The position numbers and the translations under genes are program-made. A stretch of 64,000 nt of DNA from Pristiophorus japonicus (lineage: Eukaryota): NCBI RefSeq assembly GCF_044704955.1, contig NC_091997.1, forward strand, positions 22,754,001 through 22,818,000. The letters are read 5' to 3'. Positions 39,762 through 51,907 of the stretch are shown here, one piece after another. Under the pieces are notes generated by a model. It did not search any database and was not told the origin of the DNA. It was given only the letters and a program-made list of their open reading frames with translations. Positions within the stretch are counted from its first letter, which is position 1, and each line of letters starts with the position of its first letter.

Positions 39762-40580
39762 TGGGAGCGATTTCCTATGGCTCGTTCAGGCTGTTAAAGA
39801 GCGTCCGAGGTGGCCAAGATGGGGTCTTGAGCTGAAATGCCAGTTTAGCCTGCGTTTAGTGCAAGAGGCCATCTTGGTAAAGGAATTGAAGCTTGTGCTA
39901 GGAATGGCCACCGGGAGGATTGTTAAGCAGCTGATTGCCTGCTAACGCTCATTATGGAGGCTGCACAGCACTTTGGTGGTTAGTACTTGACCTAACGCCC
40001 TCTGCTATCAGCAACCAACTGATTGGGAGTAAATTAGTCGTTGCTGAGGATTTTGAGCGCTACTTAAACCTGTTACTGTTCACTTTGCTGTTGGAGACTT
40101 GAAGAGGATTTTTGAAACACATTGGGAGACTTTGAGGGACACTTTGTCAAGACATCACCAACACCCTATCAACATTTATTCCGGAAATTCTCTGAGGAAT
40201 TCACCTAAAAAGAGTTAGTGTTAGGCGGCTCTACCTTATAGGACTCACCAGGAGAAAGGTAGTTCTTGGTCATGGACTTCCTGCTAGGGGTCCCCCATGG
40301 TCTGCAGGAGAAATGGGAGGAGGACACGAGGCCAGGCAGAGCAGCACCAGCTGCTGCAAGAGAGAGGGACAGAGGGCAAGGTGGATTCCTTCCTCCCTGC
40401 GGGTACAGGACATCCCTCCTCCTCTGAATCTCCAGTGCTGCGTCCAAGAACCTGTGCACCCTCTCACTCGCTCCCTGAACCATCCTGAAACATGCTGCTG
40501 TGTGTCAACCAGCTCACTCCACACCTTCAGTGGAAGTGGGTGCGTGGAGCCCACATATATTGCTCCATGAAAATTGAGTC
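39762..40580 (-). mobile_element. Harbinger transposon remnant with a Myb/SANT-like coding relic
   Basis: The minus-strand translation ERVHRFLDAALE..IQRRRDVLYPQGGR at 40483-40380 resembles the N-terminus of Harbinger Myb-like (MSANTD4-type) proteins; recognised from memory. Confidence 0.5.
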
Positions 40581-40607
40581 GAATCAACGCTGGAGTGCTA
40601 AACCTGC

Positions 40608-40855
40608 AGGGGGAGAAATCGGCTTGGTTTGCACCTCCCATTAGCGCCTGCGGGGGGGGCGGTAACGGGGCGCTAAAGGGTTGCCGACCGGACGCGGTGA
40701 ATTCAGTGACGCCCGCGAACTTCAGTGCTGGTTTTGCGCTGGCGCTAACACTTACTGCCTCTGTCTCTAGTGTCCATAGATCGTGATGTCATCAAGTCTG
40801 CAATGCCCCATTAGCGCCCCGGATGTGAAATTCGCTCCTGCCCCCTGCTGCCGTG
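40608..40855 (+). mobile_element. Terminal fragment of the Harbinger-like MITE family at 53408
   Basis: ggggagaaatcggc...ttagcgcctg...gacgcccgcgaac...gcgctggcgctaac. Confidence 0.75.
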
Positions 40856-41196
40856 ATTATATGGTCAAAACACTGGAGTGGACTTTGAGCCCACAATTTT
40901 CTGACCCGATGTGACAGGGCTGACCACCATAGCCATTCTGCCCTTATTTTTATATTTTGCATCATAAATTCCTACATCCATATTTCTAATGGAAATTCCA
41001 ATGTAAACATGCTACGTTGTATAGTTATAACCCCCCCCTCCCCCACATATACACACACACACAAACACCTCTCCCCACCACCCCAGTCAAGGCACTGCAA
41101 CAAATGTGAACATAGAAATTTATCATGGAAAAAGTTGGCAGGAAGTGCATGCGTTTTGAAGAATTTTAAAAATATTACAGATAGAAAAGAAAAATA

Positions 41197-41667
41197 GAAA
41201 GACTTGAATTTATATAGCACCTTTTACGACCACCGGATGTTTCAAAGCGCATTTACAGCCAATGAAGTACTTCTGGAGTGTAGTTACTGTTGTAAAGTAT
41301 GAAACGCGGCAGCCAATCTGCGCACAGCAAGCTCCCACAAACAGCAATGTGATAATGACCAGAAAATCTGTTCTTTTTTTGTTATGTTGATTGAGGAATA
41401 AATATTGGCCAGGACACCAGGGATAACTCCCCTGCTCTTCTTGGAAATAGTGCCATGTGATCCTTTAGGTCAACTTGTGAGAACAGACAGGGCCTCGGTT
41501 TAACATCTCATCTGAAAGGTGGCACCTCCAACACTGCACGCTCCCTCAGCACTGCACTGGAGTGTCAGCCTAGATATTTTCATGCTCAAGTCCCTGGAGT
41601 GGGACTCGAACCCACAACCTTTCTGACTCAGAGGTGAGAGTGCTGCCCACTGAGCCACAGCTGACAC
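41197..41667 (-). mobile_element. Full-length Deu-type SINE
   Basis: Reverse complement of 5724-6200; the head ends at cactgagccacagctgacac. Confidence 0.92.
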
Positions 41668-41901
41668 TGATAGAGAGCAAGGGTAAACTGCTGGCTCATT
41701 TTGCCTTCTTTTCCAGAATACCCTTCTGCATCCAATCTTCAAAATGAGTCGATTCCTGCTGTTGGACATGACTGCACTCTCGTCTTGCAGTCAGTGTATC
41801 AGATAAGTCCCAACACAAGTGTTACTGCTGCTTTCCTCGTCATGCTCCTGTCCCTCTTCCTTTCTGCTCGGTGGTGGTTAGTGCCATACCACTTGTGCTC
41901 A

Positions 41902-42381
41902 GCTTCAGGGAGCGGCGCGTGCTGCTGCAAGAGGGCGGCGGCTGACTGCAGTGCGGGTAGGCGCAGCAGCAGCGGCGAGGTCGGGGGCGAAGGAGCGGCA
42001 AGAGTTCACAGAAGGATGTGATTGGGGCCCAGGAGAGGCGCGAGTTCGGGGTCCAGAAGAGGCGTGGGCCCAGGGGCAGCATGGTCCAGCCCGCACTGCG
42101 ATATGTGTGTGCACTAGGGTGCGTGCAGCAGAGCAGGTCTCCAGTCGTCCTGGTTAATCCTTGCCACTGGACCGCGAGCTAGCTCTGTCAAGCCCGTGTG
42201 GTGGCTGATGTGCAACGGCCACCACACGTTAAAAAAATCCACGCACAGGCATCTTCCACACTTCAGGATGTAGTTTGGGACCTAGAATATTAGTTCCTTC
42301 ATTGAAACACCTGTGAACTCATCCCTTTTCGGCATGGAAGCAAGTCATCCTCGTTTCGAGGGACCGTCTATGATGATGATG
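41902..42381 (+). mobile_element. Non-autonomous RTE-tailed retroelement, 11-bp TSD
   Basis: TSD acttgtgctca (41891-41901 and 42382-42392). Tail ggaagcaagtcatcctcgtttcgagggaccgtcta(tga)n. Confidence 0.88.
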
Positions 42382-42957
42382 ACTTGTGCTCAATTCACAT
42401 TGCTAATGTCGTCAAAGTTAGCCGGGAAGCCTATAAAATCCAAATTCTGTTCTCTTCCTTTGTGTGTTGCCAAATACTTCCTTTCATGTGTCAGTGTAGT
42501 TTAAACAGTTATTTGCTGACTTTAATGCATCTCGAAAGTTTGAAGTTAGTTGTACAAAGTTGAAAATGCCAGGAATGAAACAATGTGCATGCCTTGGATC
42601 GTGATCGTTTTGAATAACAAACTCTTTGCACAGTATTTTACTGTGAATTATGGACCTTGCCTGAGCAGGTACTGAACAGCCTGCGGACCTTGACATTGTC
42701 ATGCTTCAGGAATCTGCTGAAAATCTGCTGATCGTGTGACTTATGAATAACCATTCAGAAAGGTCAGTGTCAGGGAGTCCACAGGCACTTAGTCATATCA
42801 ACACAACCAGTGGTGGGGTTTGCACTCAGTGACCGGACGATAACTGGCCAAGTTAAGCAACTGTTGCTGGTAGGAGGAGCCTAGCAGAACCAAGAGAGCC
42901 AGCTGGGTCAATGCTGCCATCGCCAGGCTTCTGAGTAAATCTGAGTGCTGATTCAAC

Positions 42958-43300
42958 AAAGAAAGACTTGCATTTAGGTAGCGCCTTTGATTACCACCAA
43001 GTGCACTCACTCTCTAACCCCACTACACTTGGTGGTCATCAAAGGCGCTATATAAATGCAAGTCTTTCTTGCACTTGGATGTCCCAATGCACTTTACATT
43101 CAATGAAGTATGCTTTGAAGTGTAGCCACTGTTTGCGCACAGCAAGATCCGGCAAACAGCAATGTGATTATGGCTAGATAATCCGTATTTTAGTGATGTT
43201 GAGTGAGGGATGAATATTGGCCCAGGAGACCGGGGATCACTCCCTGCTCGTCTTCAAAATAGTGCCGTGGAATCTTTTACGTCCACCTGAGAGCGCACAG
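42958..43300 (-). mobile_element. Diverged Deu-type SINE with an inverted second tail inside it
   Basis: aaagacttgcattt...gcgcctttgattaccaccaagtg (42958-43005) is mirrored by cacttggtggtcatcaaaggcgctatataaatgcaagtcttt (43026-43067), followed by the SINE body. Confidence 0.75.
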
Positions 43301-44006
43301 AGGACTTACAGTGATGTCAAAAGGGAACACTGATGTGTTTGGGGAACACAAAGTTACATTTGTAGTAACTGCTGGAAGTCAGCTGTAGGAATAAAATCTG
43401 AGATATATGTGCTGGTAACTAGGAGCCCAAAATAGATGAGATTTGCGTCTTTGGGTTATTTTAAAACACACAGCAATAATAACAATAATCAAAGCGGCGT
43501 TAAAAATAAATGCCTCGAAAGATAGTCTGGACAAATGTTGATTACCTCAGAAGGAGGAAAGGATGTCAGATACGGTGCTGTAGAAGTAAGAATAATATAG
43601 ATTCAAATGGCTGAGGAAATGAAGAGGCGATTATTAATGAGTCATTTTGGAGCTGGCGAGAGGACCTGACCGTTGCCAGGAGGAGTGGGAGCGTTCTAAG
43701 TTCTAATTACTTTTGTAGAGTAGGATACCAAGAATTGTAAATCTGAGGTTTAATAGCTTTAATTAAAACTGAATCAGTCGGAAGACCTTTACACCGCCGT
43801 TGTCAGTTACTCTGACTGCGGGGTTGCTGTGCTGAAGAGTTCAGAGCTGGGTGAAGATCACCGGGGAAATTTGAATTTAGGTAGATTACTTCAGTTGAGG
43901 CGATGCAACTATCGACAGAAATTTGCTGTTGCCTGTGCCAGCTACTGGCAGAAGCTTCCTGCTTTGTGTTGAGAAAGCGCCCATCAGAGAAAACTCCAGC
44001 CCACAG

Positions 44007-44213
44007 TGTAATGTATGAAATGATACAAAGAACTCCGTACTGTGAGCCAGTGACTAGGTGTAACCTGGTCAGTCTTTAATGGCTTCCAGAAGTGAAGATA
44101 CAAAGGTGAAGTTCAGATTATATACCGGGACCAGCACGAGTGTACCTATGACCCTAGGACCTTCAACGGTAGTGCCCCCTGTTGGTGGGCAGACCTTATG
44201 TACATACATTACA
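44007..44213 (-). mobile_element. Solo LTR (distinct family)
   Basis: Perfect 11-bp terminal inverted repeat TGTAATGTATG...CATACATTACA, TSD cacag/catag, and TATA and attaaa signals on the minus strand. Confidence 0.82.
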
Positions 44214-44476
44214 CATAGTTCCACCACCAATTAAAGAAGAAAAGGAGAACGGTGAAAAGAGGAAAGAGAAAGATAGACCAGATTCAATCGGCTATAGTGC
44301 TGGCTGCACTGTCCAGGCACAAGCAAAATTGTGATAAGGAGAACTTCACCTCACAAAAATTCAGCACAACATATTTAACAATGTGGCCGTCGGATTCACA
44401 CCAAATGATTGATTGAGTGCATCAATACCTCTCCACTGTCCTCTTTTAGTCTAGAGTATCTATTGACACCAATGTG

Positions 44477-44535
44477 TCAGCCAATGAGTTGCACTGTATC
44501 AGCCAATGAGTTGCACTGTATCAGCCAATGAGTTG
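44477..44535 (+). repeat. 22-bp tandem repeat, about 2.7 copies
   Basis: (tcagccaatgagttgcactgta)x2 plus tcagccaatgagttg. Confidence 0.9.
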
Positions 44536-44547
44536 AAGGTGGGATGG

Positions 44548-44877
44548 GGCCCAGAAGAGGCAAAAGCCCAGGGGTAACACGGGCCAGCCCACACTGTGAT
44601 ATGTGTGTGCGCTCAGTCTGTGCAGCAGAGCTGGTCTCTAGTTAGTCTTGGGTAATCCTTGCCACTGGATCAAGACCTAACTCTGTCAAGCCCGTGTGGT
44701 GGCTGATGTGCAACGGCCACCACACGTTAAAAAAATTCACGCACAGGCACCTTCCACCCTTCACGATGTAGTTCAGGATCTGGAATATTAAGTCCTTCAT
44801 TGAAACAGCTGTGAACTCATCCCTTCTTGGCGTGGAAGCAAGTCATCCTAGTTTCGAGGGACTGCCTATGATGATGA
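44548..44877 (+). mobile_element. Non-autonomous RTE-tailed retroelement, 5'-truncated, 14-bp TSD
   Basis: TSD tgaaggYgggatgg (44534-44547 and 44878-44891). Same body and (tga)n tail as 41902-42381. Confidence 0.88.
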
Positions 44878-45477
44878 TGAAGGCGGGATGGAACTTGTGA
44901 CAGGACTTACAACAAATAATTTATTTTACAGCAAACAAAATCTATTTACTCAGCAGAATCTATTTAAACAGCACACAGCATCAAACAGTCTATAGAATCT
45001 ACTTAAACAGAGTCACTACAAACTACAGCAAACAGAACTCAAGACCGTAACTACAACAACCGCTCCCGATAAAAGCAGAGTGATTTCTCCAGCAAAATGC
45101 AGTGAGTGGAGGATGGTGACAAAGTACAATCAATCGCAGCCACTCGCAGCAGTGCAATCTCCAGGCCCAGGCGAGATTGATGGGGGTAATTGGTAATTAC
45201 CCAATCACCTCCATGCTGACCAGGAATAGTGGCGTCGTGATACAGATATGTCGCTATATGCAGCCGCTTTAGTAGTCCGTGCCATCAAACAAGGATACTG
45301 AGATAGTCAGTAACAAACTTCCAAGCCAATGAAATCAGCTGATTCGAAAGACAAGTGCACTCCCACCCCCAGACATCAGTGTGAATGCAGCCCTATTTCA
45401 ATTGCAGTTTCATTTTAAAAATGGGAGAGGTGCACTAGCCTTAGTTCAATACAAGAAGGTCTAAGATAGGTAGAAAA

Positions 45478-48071
45478 TGCATGTATGTTAACACATGAAG
45501 TGTGATAAATAAGATTGGTGAGCTGCAGGGTCAAAGAGCCACATGGGAATACGATATCGTGGCGATAACAGAGACCTGGCTCAAAAAAAGACAGGATTGG
45601 GTATTCAATATTCCTGGATATAAGGTGTTCAGGAAAGATAGGGAAGGAAACAAAGGAGGTGGGGTGGCAGTATTGGTTAAGGAGAATGTTACAATGCTGG
45701 AGAGGGCGGCTGTCCTGGAGGGTTCAAGGACAGAATCTATTTTGTTAGAGGTGCCATTATACGACTATGTGTATTCTATAGGCCGCCAACTAGTGGGAAG
45801 GATAAAGAGGAGCAAATCTGAGGGAAAGTAAAGAGTGTTCAAGAACTATAGAGTAGTGATAATGGGAACTTCAACTATCCGAATATAGGCTGAGATAGTA
45901 ATAGTGTAAAGAGCAGAGAAGGGGAAGAATTTTTGAAGTACGTTCAGGAGAACTTTCTTGATCAGTATGTTTCTGACCCAATGAGAAAGAAGGCATTGCT
46001 GGATCTAGTTCTGGGGAATGAGGTGGGGCAAGTGCAGCAAGTGTCAGTAGGGGAACATTTAGGGAACAGTGATCATAGTATCATAAGGTTTAGATTAGCT
46101 ATGGAAAAGGACAGGTGGCAATCTAGAGTAAAAATATTAATCGGAAGAAGGCCAATTTCAGTGGGTTGAGAACGGATCTGGCTCGAGTAAATTGGAATCA
46201 AAGGTAAAACTGTAATTGAACAATGGGCTGCCTTTAAAGAGGAGATGGTTTCGGTATAGTCATGGAACTTTCACACAAGGGGGCAACCAAAGTTGGAGCT
46301 CCCTGGATGATGAAACAGGTAGAGAGTAAGATGAAGCAGAAAAAGAGCACATATGACAGATGTCAGGTTGAGAATACAAATGAGAATCAGATTTTTGCAT
46401 CTGTCTTCACCAAGGAAGAAGATGCTGCCAAAGTCATGGTGAAAGAGGACATAGTGGAAATACTGGATGGGATAAAAATTGATAAAGAGGTGGTCATAGA
46501 AAGGCTAGCTGTACTTAAAGTAGATTAGTCACCAGGACCAGATGGAAAGCATCCTAGGATGCTGAGGGAAGTAAAGGTGGAAATTGCGGAAGTACTGGCT
46601 GCAATCTACCAATCCTCTTTGGATTTGGGGGTGAATCCAGAAGACTGGAGAATTGCAAATGTTACACTCCTATTCAAAAAAGGATGTAAGGATAAACCCA
46701 GCAACTACAGGTCAGTCAGTTTAACCCCGGTCGTGGGGAAGCTTTTAGAAACGATAATCCAAGACAAAATTAACACGTGCCTGGACAAGTATGAATTAAT
46801 TAAGGAAAGCCAACACAGATTTGCCAAAGGCAAATCATGTTTAACTAACTTGATCGAGTTTTTTGATGAGGTAACAGAGAGGGTCGATGAGGATAATGCG
46901 GTTGGTGTGGTGTACATGGACCTTCAAAAGGCGTTTGATAAATCGCTACGTAATAAGCTTGCCTACAAAGTTGAAGCCCATAGAATAAAAGGGACATTGG
47001 CAGCATGGGTACAAAATTGGCTAAGTAACAGGAAACAGAGAGTAATGGTGAACGGTTGTTTTTCGGACTGGAGGAAGGTACACAGTGGTGTTCCCCCGGG
47101 GTCGGTACTAGGAATAGACTTTTCTTGATATATATTAATGACTTGGACTTGGGTGTACAGGGCACAATTTCAAAATTTACAGATGACACAAATATAGTGA
47201 ACAGTGAACAGTGAGGAGGATAGTGATAGACTTCAAGAAGACATAGGCAGGCTGGTGAAATGAGCAAACACGTGGCAGATTAAATTTAATGCAGAAAAGT
47301 ATGAAATGATACATTTTGGTAGGAAGAACGAGGAGAGGAAATAGAAACTGAAGGGTACAATTATAAAGTGGGTGCATGAACAGAGAGACTTGGGGGGTAT
47401 ATGTGCACAAATCATTGAAGATGGCAGGGCAGGTTGAGAAAGCAGTTAAAAATGCATACAGGAACCGGAGCTTCATAAATAGAGGCATAGCATACAAAAG
47501 CAAGGAAGTGATGATGAACCCTTATGAAACAATTCTGAGCACCGCACTTTAGGAAGGATATGAAGGCCTTAGAGAGGGTGCAGGAAAGTTTTATGAGAAT
47601 GTTTCCAGGGATGAGGGATTTCAGTTACACACATAAACTGGAGAAGCTGGGGTTGTTCTCCTTGGAGCAGAGAAGGTTAAGAGATTTGATAGAGGTGTTC
47701 AAAATCATGAGGAGTCTGGACAGAGTAGATAGAGAGAAACTGTTCCCATTGGCGGAAGGGTTGAGAACCAGCGGACACAGATTTAAGGTGATTGGCTAAA
47801 GAACCAAAGGCGACATGAGGAAAAACGTCTTTACGCAGCGAGTGGTTAGGATCTGGAATGCACAGCCTGAAAGGGTGGTGGAGGCAGACTCAATCGCAGC
47901 TTTCAAAAGGGAATTGGATAAATACCTGAAGGAAAAAAAAATTGCAGGGCTACAGGGAAAGGACGGGGGAGTGGGACTGGCTGAGGTGCTCTTGCAGAGA
48001 CCCGGCACGGACTCAACGGGCCGAATGGCCTCCTCCTGTGCTGTAACTGTTCTATGATTCTATGATTCTAT
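45478..48071 (+). mobile_element. Degraded CR1 LINE ORF2 with internal deletions
   Basis: DIVAITETWL, GGGVAVLVK, SDHS and YMDLQKAFDK, with tail tctatgattctatgattctat. Confidence 0.93.
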
Positions 48072-48610
48072 AATGCTAAGCTTTGTGGGGAATCACAGTT
48101 GGAAGCTCCCTCTGCCAATCCCCGGCATCATGATATTACAATTTTATAGGTTGAGTTCATAAGTACAATAATAATATTGAAACAATTAAAACACTTTGAA
48201 CTGGGGAATGCCGTGTTGCATTTATTACAAGTGAAGCTCTGTATTGACAAAGCAAGTGCACAAATTTCATTGTGTAATCTCATCCCAAATAAATAGAAAA
48301 ACCACTGTAAATGGGATAGATACAGAGAAATCACACCCTGACTCCAAAAGGAAGCTCCGAATGTGTACAATGTAAAAATGCAGATAATTACACGCCACAT
48401 ACAAAGGCAGGAACTTATCACTTCATGTTTAACAACAGGAAATATTAGTCTGGTTCTTATCTGAAAGGCAGAGAGGATTTGCATTGAAGCTGTAGCTGTT
48501 AGAAGACGCAGCTGTGTCGATGTGGACACAATATTAGCTCTGTACGTGACTCTTATTAGGCTGCCAAGCAACTTCAACTAAGATCTTTATCCTGTATATA
48601 TAAAAATAAA

Positions 48611-49886
48611 GGGCTAGAGATTCTGTTGCGCCCCGTTTGGGGTGATAGCTTTTGGAATCTGTAAAAAGTATTGTCAGGCGATAATCCTTTTTTGATCTTG
48701 GGAATTTTAGCTTTAGCACTCCAAAAGGGAAACGGAGCACTAAATCAAGTGCTAACCACTTCTCTTAGGGCGCTAAAGTGTGTGAGAGGGGCTATCGCGG
48801 CAGAGCACTGAAGAATGCATCATCATAGGCAGTCCTTCGAAGCGAGGATGACTTGCTTCCACGCCAAAAAGGGATGAGTTCACAGGTGTTTCAATGAAGG
48901 AACTAATATTCCAGATCCCGAACTACATAGTATAGAGTGGAAGATGCCTGTGCTTGGATTTTTTTAACGTGTGGTGGCCGTTGCATACCAGCCACCATAC
49001 GGGCTTGACAGAGCTAGGTCTTGGTCCAGTGGCAAGGATTACCCAAGACTAACTGAAGACCTGCTCTGCTGCACAGACCGAGTGCGCGCACATATCGCAG
49101 TGTGGGCTGGCCCGTGCTGCCCCTGAGCCCTCGCCTCTCCTGGGCCACGGTTACTTCCCTCTACGGATACTTGCCGCTCCTTCGCCCCTCCTGCTGTGCC
49201 TGCCCGCACTGCAATCAGCGACCTGGCTTCGTAGCCGTCGCCCTCCTGCAGCAGCACGCGCTGCTCCCTGCAGTGGTCTGCCGCCGCACGCTGCTCCCTC
49301 CAATGGCCCCGGCCCGCTGATGGTCTTGCAGGTCGGGACCGCGCCGATTTCCGGGCCGGGCCGCCGCAAGCTACCGGCATCAGAGGCTCCTTCCCTCGCT
49401 TTAGGGTCAAGGGTCAATGGTGGTTAACAACGTTCTTGTACTCAGTTCTGTGTGGCCAGGTGCCATTACAGCCCCAAGCACTCTCAGAGAGTGGAGGGCT
49501 TGGACATTGTGCAGCAGTGAGGCTTCAGAAACTTTCAGCAGGCACCAGACTGGTGCAAAGAATAAGGTCTGGCCTTCCTGAACACCACTGCCTTCAATTA
49601 TCGCTCCCCAAGCGGCCAGCCGAGGTGACAACGCCTCCTCTTGCTGCCGTTGTTCATGCCCAGCGATGCTGCAGGGGGCGGGAGCGAATATCACATCCGG
49701 GGCAGTAACGGGGCGCTGCGCACTTGATGCTTGAGACCAAGGCGGTAACTGTTAGCTCCAGCACAAAACCGGCAGGGGCGTTCGCGGGTATCGCTGAATT
49801 CGCCGCGCCGGTCGGTGACCCCTTAGCGCCCCATTACCGTCCCCTGCAGGCGCTAACGGGAGGCGCAAAGCAGCCGAATTTCTCCG
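48611..49886 (-). mobile_element. Harbinger-like MITE (same family as 53408-54132) carrying an RTE-tailed insert
   Basis: Runs gggctagagatt ... gcagccgaatttctcc. 49370-49886 is the reverse complement of 53410-53935. Confidence 0.78.
48818..49368 (-). mobile_element. Longest copy of the non-autonomous RTE-tailed retroelement
   Basis: The tail appears as catcatcataggcagtccttcgaagcgaggatgacttgcttcc on the plus strand. It has a GC-rich 5' region related to 41905-42060. Confidence 0.88.
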
Positions 49887-49954
49887 CCATTGTCTCTCCC
49901 ACCCCACTGCCACACGGCTTATTGGTTTGGGTTCCGCCTCAAGGCTGAAGCTCA

Positions 49955-50272
49955 TAATCTAAATTGACTTTCCAGTGCAGTAACTAAAGAAGGACTTCAC
50001 TGTCAGAAGGGGCATCCGTCAGATGAGGCCTCAAACCAAGTCCCGTGTGCTTGTTCAGTTAGGTGGCTATTAAAAATCCCATGGCACTATCCGAAGAGTG
50101 GTCTTCAGTACTCCCTCAGCCAACATCACCAAACATAGGTAATCTAGTCACTGGTCACATTGCTGTTTGCTGGAACTTGCTGAGCACAAAATGGCTGCTG
50201 TCTGCACCTCCATTACAAAACTTTGAGATATTTGAGATGTGATAAAGTGCAATATAAATGCAAGTCTTCTTT
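49955..50272 (+). mobile_element. Old, diverged Deu-type SINE
   Basis: aaaaatcccatggcactatccgaagag...cacattgctgtttg...aatataaatgcaagtctt. Confidence 0.75.
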
Positions 50273-50554
50273 TAAATCCTTCTTGAAACCAACAATTGAT
50301 TTTGTACCTTTGTTTAGTGTGCTTGATATATGGCATTTCTCTCTCTCCCTCTTCTTTCCTCATGAATTACATGTAAATCAATAAACTGTTAAAATTACAC
50401 CTTTCAAAATTCCAATGATCTTATAAGATGTTGGACTCTTAACAGGGAATAAAATCTGTTCAGCACCCAGTAAGACCGTATGATTGAATTACAACAAAAC
50501 TGGATGGTGGGGTGGGGGCGGGGTGGGGAAACCACAAGGCCTCACGATGTAATG

Positions 50555-51541
50555 CAGATGCAGTGTCGAGAACCGGAACCCCTCGGGACCGAGGCCGTTC
50601 CGGATTCCGGGCTTTGCCAGACTTTCGATTGTCTTTCTGACGTCACGAATCCGGAAACACCCGAGCTCAGGTTCAGGTATGTCCAAAAATCGGAACGTCA
50701 GAAATAGGGGTGGGGGGAGGGGCGCTGAGGAGCTGTTCGGGCCGCCAGCCCCGTCGATGAGGAGGTATTCGGGCAGGCCCCGCTGTGGAGGAAGTGTTCA
50801 GGTGGGCCCCGCTGAGGAGGAGCTGTTCAGGCAGGCCCTGCCATGGAGGAACTATTCGGGTGGGCCCCGCTGAGGAGGAGGTGTTCGGGCAGTCCCTGCT
50901 GTGGAGGAGCTGTTCAGGCAGGCCTCGCCGTGGAGGAGCTATTCGGGTGGGCCCCGCCATGGAGGAGATGTTCGGGTGGGCCCCGCCGTGGAGGAGGTGT
51001 TCGGGCAGTCCCTGCTGTGGAGGAGCTGTTCGGGCAGGCCCCGATGTGGAGGAGTTGCTCGGGCAGGCCCCGCTGTGGAGGAGCTGTTCGGGCAGGCCCC
51101 GCCGTGGAGGAGCTGTTCGGGCAGGCCCTGCTGTGGAGGAGCTGTTCGGGCAGGCCCCGCCGTGGAGGAGCTGTTCGGGCAGGCCCCGCGGTGGAGGAGC
51201 TATTCGGGCAGGCCCCGCTGAGGAGGAGCTATTCGGGCAGGCCCTGCTGTGGAAGAGCTGTTCGGGAGGGCCCTGCCGTGGAGGAGCTGTTCGGGTGGGC
51301 CCCGCGTGGAAGAGCTGCTCGGGCAGCGAGGTAAGGGCAGTGGCGGCGAGCGGGCGAGGCGAGGGACGGTGAGGTGAGGCCCGAGGTCAAGCAGTGGCGG
51401 GACCCCGAGGCCGGCAGGGTCGGCGGGTCCGGATTCCGGAACATTTTACAGATTCCGGACAACCCTGCCACCGATCGATCCAGAGTCCGGATTCCAGAAC
51501 ATTCCGGATTCTGGAACTCCGGATTTTTGACGCTGCACCTG
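50555..51541. mobile_element. pogo/Tigger-like MITE containing a minisatellite
   Basis: The left end cagatgcagtgtcgagaaccggaa resembles the reverse complement of the right end, caggtgcagcgtcaaaaatccgga. Subterminal ccggattccgg repeats are present. Flanks are tg and ca rather than a clean TA. Confidence 0.65.
50722..51326 (+). repeat. GC-rich 29-bp minisatellite, about 20 copies
   Basis: Unit gtggaggagctgttcgggcaggccccgc(c/t). The period was checked at 51075 and 51104. Confidence 0.95.
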
Positions 51542-51907
51542 CACACACTTCTGGATACATGGCACATTTACACAGTGTATCCCAGCCTGCGGTGGATAAC
51601 AGAGTCCTGTTGTATGTTAGCGCTGTGTGCTGCCAGCAATCAGGCTTTGCTGCAGCCAACACCATAATGCAAATCAGACGAGACACCTCAGCCAAGCATC
51701 TGGTAAAAACATTTGAAGTACATCCACTAACAATCTTACGGACGCAGTCAGTACATTTGCCCAATGTAGTTAAAGCCTTAGAAAGGCACAGCTAGTTTGC
51801 TAAAATAAATAAAAAATAAATCAGAATATCAGGGTAAGTGGATTGAATGGGAATGGTATTTTGGAGTTCTTCACATTCTTTGTTTGACCAGATGTTCTGT
51901 TCAGTGT

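Noticed and set aside
48128-48577. 149-aa minus-strand ORF in unique DNA, same strand as NXPH
   Set aside because: Non-ATG start, low-information composition and no resemblance to an NXPH leader.
50722-51326. Regular ~29-bp repeats as a CRISPR-like array or a repeat-protein gene
   Set aside because: The units are contiguous with no unique spacers, the context is eukaryotic, and the ORFs are a by-product of a stop-poor unit.
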